A DNA stretch of 64,000 nucleotides, taken from contig CAWBGA010000017.1 of assembly GCA_963788195.1 (NCBI GenBank), positions 576,001 through 640,000 on the forward strand, read 5' to 3'. The DNA is from Nitrospirota bacterium. GTDB lineage: Bacteria; Nitrospirota; Nitrospiria; Nitrospirales; NS-4. Positions 1-12,597 of the stretch are shown here, piece by piece; the first letter of the stretch is position 1; each line of letters starts with the position of its first letter. Under the pieces are notes generated by a model that saw only the letters and a program-made list of their open reading frames with translations, searched no databases and was not told where the DNA came from. Both the position numbers and the translations under genes were made by a program.

Positions 1-1
1 C

Positions 2-862
2 AATCGCACTCCCCTGCGCGCCGAGCTCGATGACAGCCAGGGATTGAAGGTCGGCGCCCCTGTTCGCATGAGCGGCGTGGCTGTCGGCAATGTGAAACGG
101 ATCACGATTGATGGAGAACGAGGCAAGGTGGACTTGGATTTCACCGTGGCTCGAGAGGTCAGGCCCCTGCTCCGCCAGGATGCGGCCGTCGTGGTTCGCC
201 CCATGGGCCTGTTAGGCGATAAATATCTTGAAGTTCTTCCCGGCAGCCCCCGCCAACCGGTGTTACCCGTCGGCTCGGTGCTATCAGGCCGGGGCGATGC
301 CGACTTGTCGAGTTTCGCCGGCAACGCCGGTGCCACTCTGACGACGGTGAACCAGACCTTACAGGACCTCCAAGCGGTGCTCACCGGGCTTCGAGAGGGA
401 AAGGGGACGGCGGGCAAACTCGTGGCCAGCGCCGATCTCTACAACCACTCGACGGAGCTCATCGAGAAGATCGCGGCGATTTCCGATCAAACGTCCCAAC
501 TCCTCACGAAGATCGAACGAGGCGAGGGGACCCTCGGGAAACTCGTCACCGACCGGGCCTTCTATGACCGCGCGAATGCCGCGCTTGATGGACTTCAACA
601 ACTTACCGTCGTTCTGAACAATCCGGACGGAAGCCTGGGCCGGCTGGCCCGCGACCCCGCGCTATATCAGCGACTGGACCGGCTGACCGCCAAGGGTGAA
701 GGGCTTATTTCCAAAGTGGAGCGGGGTGATGGCACTTTGGGCAAACTCGTGACCCAGGACAATCTGTATCAGCGCGCCGACAAGGTCTTAACGGAGGTGG
801 AGACCCTGCTGGCGGACGTGAAGAAAAATCCCACCCGGTATTTTAAGTTCTCCGTCTTCTAA
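2..862 (+). CDS. mlaD: MlaD/MCE family protein (5' partial)
   Basis: GLKVGAPVRMSGVAVGNV...GLLGDKYLEVLPG MCE motif, repeated GEGTLGKLV helical repeats; frame open to window edge. Confidence 0.85.
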   Translation, partial: NRTPLRAELDDSQGLKVGAPVRMSGVAVGNVKRITIDGERGKVDLDFTVAREVRPLLRQDAAVVVRPMGLLGDKYLEVLPGSPRQPVLPVGSVLSGRGDADLSSFAGNAGATLTTVNQTLQDLQAVLTGLREGKGTAGKLVASADLYNHSTELIEKIAAISDQTSQLLTKIERGEGTLGKLVTDRAFYDRANAALDGLQQLTVVLNNPDGSLGRLARDPALYQRLDRLTAKGEGLISKVERGDGTLGKLVTQDNLYQRADKVLTEVETLLADVKKNPTRYFKFSVF

Positions 863-1226
863 ACAGTTCGGCTTCATGATGCGCATAGTCCTTCGCGGTC
901 TTCCTCCAAATACCCTTTCCATTTCGTTCCTCCTGTTTGCTATTCCAGCGTGTACTAGTAGCTGTACACAACCTGCCTCTGAAAAATTCAGCCTATCTAG
1001 GCGGCTGCCTGCCGACATTTCGGCAGCTGCCCGGATAACGGCATCGCGTATCGGCACCGATACAGCCTCCTCGGATGATCGTCACGCCGATGTAACGTAA
1101 TCCTAAAATCTTTCATATGCTTAGCACGCTAGCATCGCATGATAACTTCTGGAACAACGCTTGCTTTACCTAGACGCAGGAACACAAACCACACAAAGAT
1201 GCGTATCTGGGTAAAGGAGCTAATTT

Positions 1227-1562
1227 ATGGAGAAGATAGCGAGTTCCAAAAAGATATTCAGTATGGTCTTCTTTATTTTACTGGTCGCTGTGTCTATGAT
1301 CTGGACAGCGTCACCCGCTCAGGCGGTCGGACCCTATTTCGAAAACGAGAGTCCAGCGCAAGGACAACTTCAAGGTCCGAATCCCGCTTGGCCGAGACCG
1401 GACGAGCCACTGTGGTCGCCGAGCAATCCAACGCTCCAGTCCATACAGACGTTGAAAAAGGGCGATATAATTTTGAAGAGCTCTAAGAAGACAGCCATTC
1501 CCGAAACAGTGGCTCCGCACGTGGAAGATGCGAAGGCCGATCAGCATGTCGCTTTGCGCTGA
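1227..1562 (+). CDS. Secreted hypothetical protein
   Basis: AAGGAG RBS, hydrophobic signal peptide ending AQA. Confidence 0.6.
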   Translation: MEKIASSKKIFSMVFFILLVAVSMIWTASPAQAVGPYFENESPAQGQLQGPNPAWPRPDEPLWSPSNPTLQSIQTLKKGDIILKSSKKTAIPETVAPHVEDAKADQHVALR

Positions 1563-1667
1563 ATGGGAAACCCAAGCCGTTTGAGCTGCATCGCAGGCTG
1601 TGTGAGCAGCGTTTGAATGTGGAGACGTTGGTTACCGTCAGCATTGCGGACGCCTGCTGAGGCCAGG

Positions 1668-2560
1668 ATGCCGTTTCGAATGAAATGGCTGTGGCTGCTG
1701 GCACTGCTCGTTCTCCCCTTCTCGTTGCTGGCCGGTAAATCGTCAAAATCCTGAAACCCCCGAAGCCGTGCTGCGTGCTGTGATTCGGGCTAATGCCGAG
1801 AAGGACCTGGCATCCCTGGAAAAGTACATGGCAAAAGACCCGGATCTGGTTGTGTACTCGATAGGCGGCCGGAAATATGTCGGTTGGAAGGAAGTCGCAG
1901 AGGCGATGCAGGAGGAATTCGATGCGGCCGAACGGCTGGACATCACCATTACCGACCTTCACGTCTGGCAGCATGGAGATGTCGCGTGGTTTGCGATGGA
2001 GCTCAACTACAATCGTCCTGAAGGGAGTGATGAAGGACAGCGACCCATAGTCCTCGCCTTGCGTGATACCGGAGTGCTGGAGCGCCGTAAGGGTGCAATG
2101 GTTGTTGGTGAGCTGGCACGAATCCCTTCAGGCGCCCCCCGTGGAACCGGAAACAGAATCGGCCAGAACAGCATCGTCCGTACCGAACGGCATTGATCTA
2201 AGCGGGGAATGGGAAGTCGAGGAAGAGGATAGGACCTATCGAGCGCATCTCGATATGCAGGGTCACGGAACCTATACCTGGCAGGGCGGGCGAATCACGA
2301 CCACAGGATTCGCGGGCAATCGCTGGACCGGGACCTGGCAACAGCCCGGGAACGATCACGATGGGAAATTTGACATTGTGCTATCGGAAGATGGCACCCG
2401 CGCGGTAGGACGGTGGTGGTACACTCGAGTCGGCACGCGAACCAAGATCCCGCCGGGCATCGGGGGCAGTTATCGCTGGAGACGCGTGTCGCCGGTTCCG
2501 GCGCGCGCCTTGCTCCCCTCTTCCCCTCCTAAGCCGCCGGCGAAGAGGCCAGAAGGCTGA
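1668..2560 (+). CDS. Secreted SnoaL/NTF2-like protein with C-terminal beta domain (two apparent frameshifts, ~1745 and ~2095)
   Basis: Signal peptide from ATG 1668, SnoaL-like ORF 1768-2196, continuation WLLVSWHES in ORF 2063-2560. Confidence 0.6.
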
Positions 2561-2573
2561 GCCGAACGGACCC

Positions 2574-3419
2574 ATGAACATCGCGATTCTAGGCTTGGGG
2601 ATCATCGGCAGCGCCTGGGCAAAAAATCTGATCGCGGACGGGCATGAGGTGCGGTGCTGGAACCGGACGCCAAAGGATTTTCCCAACTTCCATGCGTCCA
2701 TTCATGAGGCCGTGGACGGAGCGGAGGCAATCTTCATAGTCGTCGCCGACCCCGCTGCCGTGCAGTCCGTCCTTGATCAGATACAATCCAAGCTTGGCCC
2801 AGGGCGCCTGGTGATCCAGTCAAGCACGATTTCCGCTAAATGGACGCGGCTCTTTGCCGAACAGGTGCAGCAAATGGGCGCGTGGTATGTGGAGGCGCCC
2901 TTCACCGGCAGCAAGCCTGCAGCAGAACAGCGCCAGACGGTTTTTTATCTGGGTGGCGATCCGAAGGTGATCGAAAAGGCGCGTCCAATTCTCAACCGCC
3001 TGTCGAGGGCCATCCTCCACATTGGGCCGCTGGGTTCCGCTTCATCCCTCAAGCTCGCCATGAACCTGAACATCGCCGGTGTCGCCCAAAGCTTATGCGA
3101 GAGTTTGACGTTGTGCCGGGCCGCCGATATTCCGGACGACGTCTATTTCCACGCCCTGGCCCAGAATGTTGCCCGTTCCGGGCTGTCCGAGCTGAAAGAA
3201 CCCAAGCTCCGCGGGCGAGATTACACCGCACAGTTTTCCATCAAACACATGGCGAAAGACCTTCGCCTGGCGTTGGAAACCGCAGCGGATCTCTTCGTGC
3301 CGCTTGAACAAACCGAGCAACTCAAAAAGGCCTACGACCGCGGCATCGCGGCCGGCTGGAAGGACGAGGATTTCATTGGCCTGGTGCGGCTGCTCGACCG
3401 AACGAAAATGAACGCGTGA
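2574..3419 (+). CDS. NAD(P)-dependent oxidoreductase, 3-hydroxyisobutyrate dehydrogenase family
   Basis: GLGIIG Rossmann motif, WNRT, EAPFTGS, KLAMN. Confidence 0.9.
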   Translation: MNIAILGLGIIGSAWAKNLIADGHEVRCWNRTPKDFPNFHASIHEAVDGAEAIFIVVADPAAVQSVLDQIQSKLGPGRLVIQSSTISAKWTRLFAEQVQQMGAWYVEAPFTGSKPAAEQRQTVFYLGGDPKVIEKARPILNRLSRAILHIGPLGSASSLKLAMNLNIAGVAQSLCESLTLCRAADIPDDVYFHALAQNVARSGLSELKEPKLRGRDYTAQFSIKHMAKDLRLALETAADLFVPLEQTEQLKKAYDRGIAAGWKDEDFIGLVRLLDRTKMNA

Positions 3420-5057
3420 TGAAAGCCGCTGAGCTGTTCGTGAAGTGCCTGGAGAATGAAGATGTCGAGTACATATTCGGTGTGCCGGGCGAAGAGAACC
3501 TCGACATCATGAATGCGCTGTTTGATAGTTCCATCAAGTTTATCACGACAAGACATGAGCAGGGCGCTGCCTTCATGGCCGACGTGTACGGACGGCTCAC
3601 CGGGAAGGCCGGTATCTGCCTGGCCACCCTGGGACCCGGCGCGACGAACTTGTTAACCGGTGTCGCAGATGCAAATCTGGATCGTGTGCCTCTCGTCGCC
3701 ATCACTGGACAGGTATCTCTTGATCGGATGCACAAGGAGTCACACCAGTACGTTGACGTGATGGGGATGTTCAAGCCCGTCACGAAATGGCAGGCACAGG
3801 TCTCCAGGGTATCCATCATTCCGGAGGTCGTCCGGAAAGCCTTCAAGGTGGCGCAGACAGAAAAGCCGGGCGCGACCCACGTGGAAGTGTCGGAGGACGT
3901 GGCCGCCATGCCGGTCGGCGCCCGTGCCGACGAAACGCCGCTACGCGTCCAGGCCCCTTCCGTCCCTGAACCGCTGACCGCGCAGGTGACGCGGGCGATT
4001 CACGCAATCCAAGGAGCCCGCCGGCCCCTGATTCTTGCGGGTAACGGTGTCGTGCGGCGCCAGGCGCACGAGGCTGTGCGGCGGTTTGCCCGGACTCTGA
4101 ATATTCCTGTCCTGCACACCTTTATGGGCAAGGGCATCGTGCCCGACGGCGATCCCTTGTCGCTCTATACCATTGGCTTGCGGTTGCGCGACTACCCGGC
4201 GCTCGCGATGGAGCAGGCGGACGTCGTGATTGCGGTGGGCTACGACTTCGTCGAGTACGCGCCGTGTTACTGGAATCCCAACCGAGACAAGCGTGTCGTG
4301 CACGTCGATTTATCGCCGGCCGAAGTGGACGCGCACTATATCGTCGAAGTCGGCGTGCTTGGTGATCTGGCTATTTCTCTGGAGCAGATCGGTGCTGGTC
4401 TGTCACCGTTCCCCCCTGATTGGGCCAAGCGAGAGCGCGAGCGTATCCTCGCCGGATTCGAAGCCGAGGGAGCCGGGCCTGCCACATGGCCGATGCGCCC
4501 TCAGAATCTCATCGCCCAGCTGCGGGCAGCCCTGGCCCCCGAGGATCTGGTGATCTGCGATGTAGGGGCCCATAAGTTATGGATGGGGCGGATGTTCCCA
4601 TGCGAGGTTCCCAACACATGTCTCATCTCCAATGGGTTGGCCAGCATGGGGATCGGCCTGCCTGGGGCGATTGCCGCAAAGCTGACGTTCCCGCAACGAC
4701 GAGTGCTGACGGTGTGCGGCGACGGCGGCTTTCTCATGAACGTACAGGAATTAGAGACAGCAGTGCGCCTTGGGGTGCCGGTGGTTGTGTTGGTCTGGCG
4801 TGATGAAGGCTACGGCGTGATCCGGTGGAATCAGCAGGTGCGGTTCGGCCGCACGATCGCGGTGGACTTCGGCAATCCGGACCTGGTGGCGCTGGCAGAG
4901 AGCTTCGGCGCGGTTGGATTACGAGTGTCGCATTCCACCGAGCTTCGTCCCTGCCTGGCCGAAGGCGTTTCAAGCGGAGCGCCCCGTGGTCATCGACTGC
5001 CCGGTGGACTATGCGGAGAACCTCAAGCTGACGGAGCGCCTGAAGGCTCTGAGCTGA
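3416..5057 (+). CDS. Acetolactate synthase large subunit / TPP-binding enzyme (apparent frameshift ~4965)
   Basis: FGVPGEENL, RHEQGAAFMA, GPGATN, GDGGFLM motifs; true C-terminus PVVIDCPVDYAENLKL in another frame, ending TGA 5057. Confidence 0.85.
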
Positions 5058-5108
5058 ACCTGGTAACATCGCCGAGTAGACCCAGAGTTCAAAAGAAAGG
5101 ATGGGACT

Positions 5109-6173
5109 ATGAAAATGATCACGACTGTCCTGACGGGGTTGCTTTTATTCCTTTCCTTACCTACCTTCGCCGCGGGAGGAACCCTCGAGCCCAATACTGA
5201 TCAGTTTATTCAGGCGCTTGCCGCCAAGGGTGGGCCGCCGATTTACAAACTCTCGATTGAAGAGGCGCGCAAGGTGCTCGACAGCGCGCAGTCCGATACC
5301 CTGAACAAGGCGCCGGCTCAGATCGAAAACCGGACCATTCCGGCCAGGTCAGCCGGCGAGGCTTCTCTTCGAGAAGACCAGGCAATGACCGGCGGGCAGG
5401 CCCAGGACATTTCACTTCGCATCGTTCGTCCGAAAAACAGCAGCGGACCATTGCCGGTGATCATGTACTTCCATGGCGGCGGCTGGATCCTGGGCAACGA
5501 GAATACGCACGATCGTCTCGTTCGTGAAATCGCCAAGGGGACAAACGCTGCCGTCGTGTTCGTAAACTATACCCCCTCACCTGAGGCCAAATATCCGACT
5601 GCTATTGAGCAGGCATACACCGCCACGAAGTATGTAGCCGAGCACGGTAAGGATCTGAATCTCGACTCCTCTCGCCTTGCCGTGGCTGGAGATAGCGTGG
5701 GCGGGAATATGGCCGCCGTGGTTGCGCTCATGGCCAAGGAGCGGGCTGGTCCGAAGATCAGCTACCAAGTGCTTTTCTACCCTGTGACGGATGCGAACTT
5801 CGATACTCCCTCGTATCGGGAGTTCGCAAACGGTCCATGGCTCACCAAACCGGCCATGGAGTGGTTCTGGAATGCCTACGCGCCCGATGCGGCTACACGG
5901 AAGAAGCCGACAGCCTCCCCACTGCAGGCGTCGGTGGATCAGCTCAAGGGCTTGCCGCCGGCCCTCGTCATCACCGATGAGAACGATGTCCTGCGCGATG
6001 AGGGCGAGGCGTACGCCCATAAACTTAGCCAAGCCGGCGTGACAGTGACAGCGGTGCGCTATCTAGGCACCATCCATGATTTCGTGATGCTCGATGCACT
6101 CAAGGACACCCCGGCTGCGCGCAGCGCGATCGCACTTGCAAACGCAAACCTGCAACAGGCCTTTGCAAAATAA
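5109..6173 (+). CDS. Secreted alpha/beta hydrolase (HSL-family esterase)
   Basis: HGGGW, GDSVGG, DVLRDEG, HDF motifs; signal peptide. Confidence 0.9.
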   Translation: MKMITTVLTGLLLFLSLPTFAAGGTLEPNTDQFIQALAAKGGPPIYKLSIEEARKVLDSAQSDTLNKAPAQIENRTIPARSAGEASLREDQAMTGGQAQDISLRIVRPKNSSGPLPVIMYFHGGGWILGNENTHDRLVREIAKGTNAAVVFVNYTPSPEAKYPTAIEQAYTATKYVAEHGKDLNLDSSRLAVAGDSVGGNMAAVVALMAKERAGPKISYQVLFYPVTDANFDTPSYREFANGPWLTKPAMEWFWNAYAPDAATRKKPTASPLQASVDQLKGLPPALVITDENDVLRDEGEAYAHKLSQAGVTVTAVRYLGTIHDFVMLDALKDTPAARSAIALANANLQQAFAK

Positions 6174-6260
6174 GGAAGGACGACGCACTGAATTCCGAGG
6201 CTGGAGAATACGACTGAGCGAAAAAGGCATCTCTTTCATCTAGTATGAGGTGATAGTAGC

Positions 6261-7235
6261 ATGATCATGGGAAAGATGATCGGCATCAGTATCTTGCTGT
6301 TATTGATGTCGACTGCACTGCTCAACGCGCAGCCGAAACAGTCTCTCATTCAAGAGTATCCTGTTCCTGCCGGCTCTCATCCCCATGATGTGGCGCCGGC
6401 CTCCGACGGCACAGTTTGGTACGTCGCCCAAGGGTCCGGCGAATTGGGCCGCCTTGACCCTGTCACCGGAAAGGTTCGCCGAATCAACCTCGGAGACAAG
6501 TCCCGACCACATGGCGTCATTGTGGGACCTGACGGCGCGCCGTGGGTCACGGACGGCGGCTTGAATGCGATCGTGCGGATGGATCCGGCAACTGAAGAAA
6601 TCAAAGTTTTTCCCTTGCCTAAGAACAGGCCAGGCGCGAACCTGAACACCGCGACATTCGATCGGAGCGGTGTTCTCTGGTTTACAGGACAGACCGGCAT
6701 CTATGGGAAGCTCGATCCAAAGCGCGGGCAAGTCGAGGTGTTCGATGCACCAAAAGGACCGGGGGCCTATGGCATCGCGACAGCCCCTGATGGCACGGTA
6801 TATTTTGTCTCGCTCGCCGGCAGCTACCTGGGCCGTATTGACTCGCAGACCGGCGCGGCCACGATGATCGATCCGCCCACGCCCAAGCAGGGCGCCCGCC
6901 GAGTGTGGGCAGACTCGAAAGGCAATATCTGGGTCAGCGAATGGAACGTCGGCCAGGTTGCTCGATATACGCCATCGAGTGGTTCATGGCGCGAATGGCG
7001 CCTCCCAGGCGACAAGCCCGGAGCGTATGCGCTTTACGTCGACGACCAGGACAAGGTATGGCTGAGCGACTTCGAGGCAAATGCATTGGTGCGGTTCGAC
7101 CCACAAAGAGAGACCTTTGAGACCTTCCCGATTCCGACTCCAGGGGCAAAGGTCCGCCAATTGCTGGGGCGTCACGGCGAAGTCTGGGGCGCCGAATCCG
7201 CGACCGATAAGCTTGTGGTTGTCAGGGCTAACTAG
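6261..7235 (+). CDS. Virginiamycin B lyase (Vgb)-like beta-propeller
   Basis: Repeated P(H/Y)(D/G)(V/I)xxxPDGxxW blades. Confidence 0.8.
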   Translation: MIMGKMIGISILLLLMSTALLNAQPKQSLIQEYPVPAGSHPHDVAPASDGTVWYVAQGSGELGRLDPVTGKVRRINLGDKSRPHGVIVGPDGAPWVTDGGLNAIVRMDPATEEIKVFPLPKNRPGANLNTATFDRSGVLWFTGQTGIYGKLDPKRGQVEVFDAPKGPGAYGIATAPDGTVYFVSLAGSYLGRIDSQTGAATMIDPPTPKQGARRVWADSKGNIWVSEWNVGQVARYTPSSGSWREWRLPGDKPGAYALYVDDQDKVWLSDFEANALVRFDPQRETFETFPIPTPGAKVRQLLGRHGEVWGAESATDKLVVVRAN

Positions 7236-7251
7236 AGAAGGAGTACGAGCC

Positions 7252-8901
7252 ATGGCCGAAAATAATCCTCATTCCATCGCTTTTCCGACGCTTGACGAGG
7301 CCCAAATCAAGGAACTCGCCCGTTGCACCAGCGCCGCGCCTAAGTTGTATCGGGACGGAGAGACGCTCTTTGCGGTTGGCGACCGCGACTTCAAATTCTT
7401 CATCGTGACCTCCGGTGAGGTCGAGATCGTCGATCACTCCGGCGATGAGCCGAAGACCGTGACGATCCATCGCAAGGGCCAATTCACCGGCGACGTTTCA
7501 TTCCTCACCGGCAATCCGGCAGTGGTCAGCGGGGTCGCCCGGGGCAACATCGAGGTGTACGAGGTCAGAGCGGAGGCTCTGCGAAAAGCCCTTAACCAGT
7601 GCCCGACCCTCAGCGACATCATCCTCCAAGCCTTCATCGCCCGGCGTCAGCTTCTCCGCGATTCTGCGGACTTTACCGGCCTGCGGGTCATCGGCTCCCG
7701 CTACTCCGCCGATACCTTCCGCGTCCGCGATTTCCTGGCCAAGAACCGCGCGCTCTTCACGTGGGTGGACGTTGAGACAGACCCGCAGGTCGACGTGCTG
7801 CTCAAACAGTTCGGAGTGACCGAGGCCGATACGCCCGTCGTCGCGTGCAGTCATATGCTGCTTCTGCGCAATCCTTCAAACCGGGAGCTCGCGGAACGGA
7901 TCGGCATCCGCCAGCCTTTGGAGCAGACGGTCTACGACCTGGTGGTGGTCGGCGGCGGGCTGGCGGGGCTGGCCGCCGCAGTGTACGGAGCGTCCGAAGG
8001 GCTCCAGACGGTAGTGCTGGAGCGCACTGCACCCGGGGGGCAGGCCGGGAGCAGCATGCGGATCGAAAACTATCTCGGGTTTCCGACCGGCGTGACAGGC
8101 AGCGAGCTGGCAGACCGCGCGATCCTACAGGCCAACAGGTTTGGCGCCCGTCTGTCCGTCCCCACGCCCGTGGTCAGCCTGGCGTTCGACCAAGTCTACC
8201 CGGTGTTGGAACTGGAGGGGGGAGAGAAGGTCACCACGAAGTGCCTACTGATCGCAACGGGCGCCGACTACCGCCGGCTGGAGGTCGAGGGATATGAGCG
8301 GTTCGAGGGGAAGGGCGTCTACTACGCTGCCACCCCGACTGAAGCGCCGATGTGCCGAGGTGAAAAGGTATTGCTCGTTGGGGGCGGGAACTCGGCGGGC
8401 CAGGCAGCGGTCTTTCTGTCCCAGCACGCCCGGCAGGTGCTGCTTCTGATTCGCGGCGATAGTCTGTACAAGGACATGTCCAGTTATTTGGTCGCGAGAA
8501 TCAAGCAGACGACGAATATCGAGGTGCTCTACAACACGACGATCCGCCAGATGAACGGGGACGGGTATCTGAGCTCAGTTAAAATCGTCAATGACAAGAC
8601 CGGGGAAGCGTCGACGGTGGAGACACCGGCGGTGTTTTGCTTTATCGGGGCGGTGCCGCGAACCGACTGGCTGCCTCCGCAAATCGAGAGGGACCCTCAA
8701 GGATTCATCCAGACCGGCCCGGCTCTGGCGGTTTCTTCCCACTGGAGCGCCCGGCGGCAGCCTTTCTTATTGGAGACCAGCCGCCCTGGTGTGTTCGCTG
8801 CCGGAGATGTGAGGTCCGGCTCAGTCAAGCGGGTCGCGTCAGCGGTCGGTGAGGGATCGATGGCGGTCCAGTTCGTACATGAATACCTCAAGGAGCTATG
8901 A
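7252..8901 (+). CDS. cNMP-binding domain fused to thioredoxin-reductase-like FAD oxidoreductase
   Basis: N-terminal CRP-like domain, [44 protein letters not shown] before ATG 7252. Confidence 0.9.
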   Translation: MAENNPHSIAFPTLDEAQIKELARCTSAAPKLYRDGETLFAVGDRDFKFFIVTSGEVEIVDHSGDEPKTVTIHRKGQFTGDVSFLTGNPAVVSGVARGNIEVYEVRAEALRKALNQCPTLSDIILQAFIARRQLLRDSADFTGLRVIGSRYSADTFRVRDFLAKNRALFTWVDVETDPQVDVLLKQFGVTEADTPVVACSHMLLLRNPSNRELAERIGIRQPLEQTVYDLVVVGGGLAGLAAAVYGASEGLQTVVLERTAPGGQAGSSMRIENYLGFPTGVTGSELADRAILQANRFGARLSVPTPVVSLAFDQVYPVLELEGGEKVTTKCLLIATGADYRRLEVEGYERFEGKGVYYAATPTEAPMCRGEKVLLVGGGNSAGQAAVFLSQHARQVLLLIRGDSLYKDMSSYLVARIKQTTNIEVLYNTTIRQMNGDGYLSSVKIVNDKTGEASTVETPAVFCFIGAVPRTDWLPPQIERDPQGFIQTGPALAVSSHWSARRQPFLLETSRPGVFAAGDVRSGSVKRVASAVGEGSMAVQFVHEYLKEL

Positions 8902-8917
8902 ATCAAGGAGTATCCCC

Positions 8918-9904
<987 letters not shown>

Positions 9905-10023
9905 GTCCCCTTCACAGTAGCCGCCATTTTCTACTGAAGTCACTCCGACCTCATTTTACGTTCACCGAAACTTCATCAGATATCGTTCCCCGTGTTGACT
10001 GTTGCAGAAAAATAAGAAAGGCC

Positions 10024-10080
10024 TTGACTTCAACGTATGAGATGCCATATACCATCCATATGGATGTTTCATGGATGGTA
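10024..10080 (+). promoter_or_regulatory. Putative promoter and operator of the CopG-esterase operon
   Basis: TTGACT at 10024; perfect inverted repeat TACCATCCAT (10050-10059) / ATGGATGGTA (10071-10080). Confidence 0.6.
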
Positions 10081-10096
10081 CACGGATGTTTAAAGG

Positions 10097-10492
10097 ATGG
10101 TCATGCAAAGCGACACCGAAAAAATCACGATTAATCTAGGCTTCGTCGATCTCGGACAGATCGATCTGTTGGTGCAGGAGGGCTTTTATTCCAACCGGAC
10201 AGATTTGATTCGCACCGCAATCCGCAACCAACTCGCCGCGCATTCAGACGTCGTGAAGCAAACTATAGCGCGCAAAATCCTAGTGCTCGGTCTGCAACGT
10301 TATAGCCGCCGAGACCTCGAGGCGGTACGGGCGAGAGGGGAAAAGCTGCAGATCCAGGTTCTCGGCTTAGTCATCATTGACGATGACGTGACTCCCGACC
10401 TCGCCACGGCGACTATCGACTCGCTCGTGGTGCTGGGAGCCTTGCGGGCAAGCGCGGAAGTCAAGGCTGCCCTCGCCGATCGGATTCACTAA
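10097..10492 (+). CDS. CopG/RHH family transcriptional regulator
   Basis: EKITINLGFVDLGQIDLLVQEGFYSNRTDLIRTAIR. Confidence 0.85.
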   Translation: MVMQSDTEKITINLGFVDLGQIDLLVQEGFYSNRTDLIRTAIRNQLAAHSDVVKQTIARKILVLGLQRYSRRDLEAVRARGEKLQIQVLGLVIIDDDVTPDLATATIDSLVVLGALRASAEVKAALADRIH

Positions 10493-10524
10493 CTCAGTTC
10501 GGCCTTTTTTACGGGAGACATACA

Positions 10525-11748
10525 ATGACTGAGACAATGCAAACTGAGATGGCGGAAGCCACACGATTGACGCGCATGGGACAGCTGCTTGATGCCACCG
10601 CCCTCATCCAACGCACACTAGGCGGCGCATCGAAAGCTTCGTCCACCGTCACCGCCTCCACAGTTGATGAGCCTATCGACGTCAGCTTTCGCGTCGTTGA
10701 GCCAGGTCCACAGAACATCTCCACGGCGATACTGCCCGGCATTGCGGTGTTGCCTTATACAGCCGAGCATACATCCGCCGAAGTGATCGACGCGGCGGTG
10801 GCCTTTCGCAAGAACCGATCCACTTCTGGCCAGGCGCATAGCGACATTTGGGCGGGAGGGCAATTTATCGAGGGATCCTTTACAAATAATGCCGGCACTC
10901 GCGCGTACAAACTGTATGTGCCTAAGGCATATCACGGGCAGGCCCTTCCATTGGTCGTGATGCTCCACGGCTGTACGCAGAACCCGGACGACTTCGCCGC
11001 GGGTACGCGCATGAATCTATTGGCAGAGCGGGAACAGTTTTTGGTCGTCTATCCCGCGCAGACGGCCTCCAGCAATCAGTCAAAGTGTTGGAAGTGGTTC
11101 AACAAAACCGATCAGCAGCGGGAACGTGGCGAGCCTTCTATTATCGCTGGCATCACCCGCAAGATTCTTAGCACCTACCACTGCGACGCCGGCCAGGTAT
11201 ACGTCGCCGGAATGTCGGCGGGTGGAGCGATGGCCGTGATCATGGGGATGTCCTACCCGGATCTGTATAGTGCCATCGGCGTGCACTCCGGCCTCCCCTA
11301 CGGGGTTGCGCATGACCTGCCGTCCGCGTTCGCGGCCATGAAGCACGGAGGACGAACCTCGGCAGGAACACACAACAGCCGCTTGTCAGCGGCAGGGACA
11401 CATGCCCGGGTCGTCCCAACCATCGTCTTCCATGGAGATCGAGACACGACGGTTCATCCCCGTAACGGGGATCATGTGCTTGCCCAATTGGCGGGCTTCG
11501 GGCCGGGGATGAACGCAACGAACCTGCGCAAGACTGTAAAGCGGATACACGTCGCAAATCGCCATGGGTACACCCACACCATCTACCACGATGCCGGCGG
11601 TGATACGGTCATGGAGCGGTGGTTGGTGCATGGTGCCGGCCATGCGTGGTCAGGAGGGAGTCCTCATGGCTCATTTACCGATCCGAAAGGGCCGGATGCC
11701 TCGCAGGAAATGGTGCGTTTCTTCCTACGAAGATCAGCTCCGCGATGA
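10525..11748 (+). CDS. PHB depolymerase family esterase
   Basis: LHGCTQ, GMSAGG, GHAWSGG motifs. Confidence 0.9.
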   Translation: MTETMQTEMAEATRLTRMGQLLDATALIQRTLGGASKASSTVTASTVDEPIDVSFRVVEPGPQNISTAILPGIAVLPYTAEHTSAEVIDAAVAFRKNRSTSGQAHSDIWAGGQFIEGSFTNNAGTRAYKLYVPKAYHGQALPLVVMLHGCTQNPDDFAAGTRMNLLAEREQFLVVYPAQTASSNQSKCWKWFNKTDQQRERGEPSIIAGITRKILSTYHCDAGQVYVAGMSAGGAMAVIMGMSYPDLYSAIGVHSGLPYGVAHDLPSAFAAMKHGGRTSAGTHNSRLSAAGTHARVVPTIVFHGDRDTTVHPRNGDHVLAQLAGFGPGMNATNLRKTVKRIHVANRHGYTHTIYHDAGGDTVMERWLVHGAGHAWSGGSPHGSFTDPKGPDASQEMVRFFLRRSAPR

Positions 11749-11885
11749 GCGCGGCCAACAAGACCGATGGCAGTTCCTTCAACACGGAAGTAGGCTGGCA
11801 AACTTGTCATCATGAACTTATACTCAGCATGAGGGACCAATGTCTCGACGGCCGAGTCGCATAAACGATTAACAGGAATATCACC

Positions 11886-12584
11886 ATGCGAATAGCAACA
11901 AGTCTCGGTGCAATGTTTATCAGTCTCATATGGCTAACGGTCGGCGGCTATGCCGAAGACCTGCAGAAATTGCCTGGTAAGGCGGTTGATGGGTGTCCTG
12001 TGACTCCTCCGCAAACGGAAGGTCCTTATTATCCACCCAAGGCTCAACTTGAGGCGCAACTTGATAAGGATAACGATCTGACGCAGATAAAAGGCGAAAC
12101 CGGCAAGGCCAAGGGCCAGATCTTATATGTTCTCGGCCAGGTTACAGATACCCACTGCCGACCCATCAAAGGCGCCGTCGTGGAAATTTGGCAAGCGACC
12201 GAAGGCGGGCGCTATAAACACCCGCGAGATACCAAGAATCCGGCGCCTCTGGACCCGCATTTTCAATACTGGGGCAAATATGTGACGGACCAGGATGGTC
12301 GCTATGTCTTTAAGACGATCAAGCCGGGCGCGTACTCGATAGGACCGGGAACGATGAGACCGTCGCATGTTCACTTCAAAATATCCCATCCCGACCATCC
12401 CGAGCTCATCACGCAACTGTACTTTGTCGGCGATCGCTTCCAGGACACAGACCCGATTCTGAAGGATGTCCCCCGACAGGATCGCAACAGGCTCATTGTC
12501 GCGATGGAAGAACCGGGGGGCGACTATGAACGGGAAGCAAGGGTCGCCCGATTTAACGTGACGCTACCGGGCGGTAAACCCTAA
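11886..12584 (+). CDS. Intradiol ring-cleavage dioxygenase (protocatechuate 3,4-dioxygenase-like), secreted
   Basis: QTEGPYYP, VEIWQA..GRY.H, TIKPGAY, RPSHVHF. Confidence 0.85.
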   Translation: MRIATSLGAMFISLIWLTVGGYAEDLQKLPGKAVDGCPVTPPQTEGPYYPPKAQLEAQLDKDNDLTQIKGETGKAKGQILYVLGQVTDTHCRPIKGAVVEIWQATEGGRYKHPRDTKNPAPLDPHFQYWGKYVTDQDGRYVFKTIKPGAYSIGPGTMRPSHVHFKISHPDHPELITQLYFVGDRFQDTDPILKDVPRQDRNRLIVAMEEPGGDYEREARVARFNVTLPGGKP

Positions 12585-12597
12585 ATCCGGCAGGGAA

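Noticed and set aside
6261..7235. Antibiotic resistance gene (vgb)
   Set aside because: Only fold-level similarity; it has a signal peptide and a metabolic context, so resistance is not supported.
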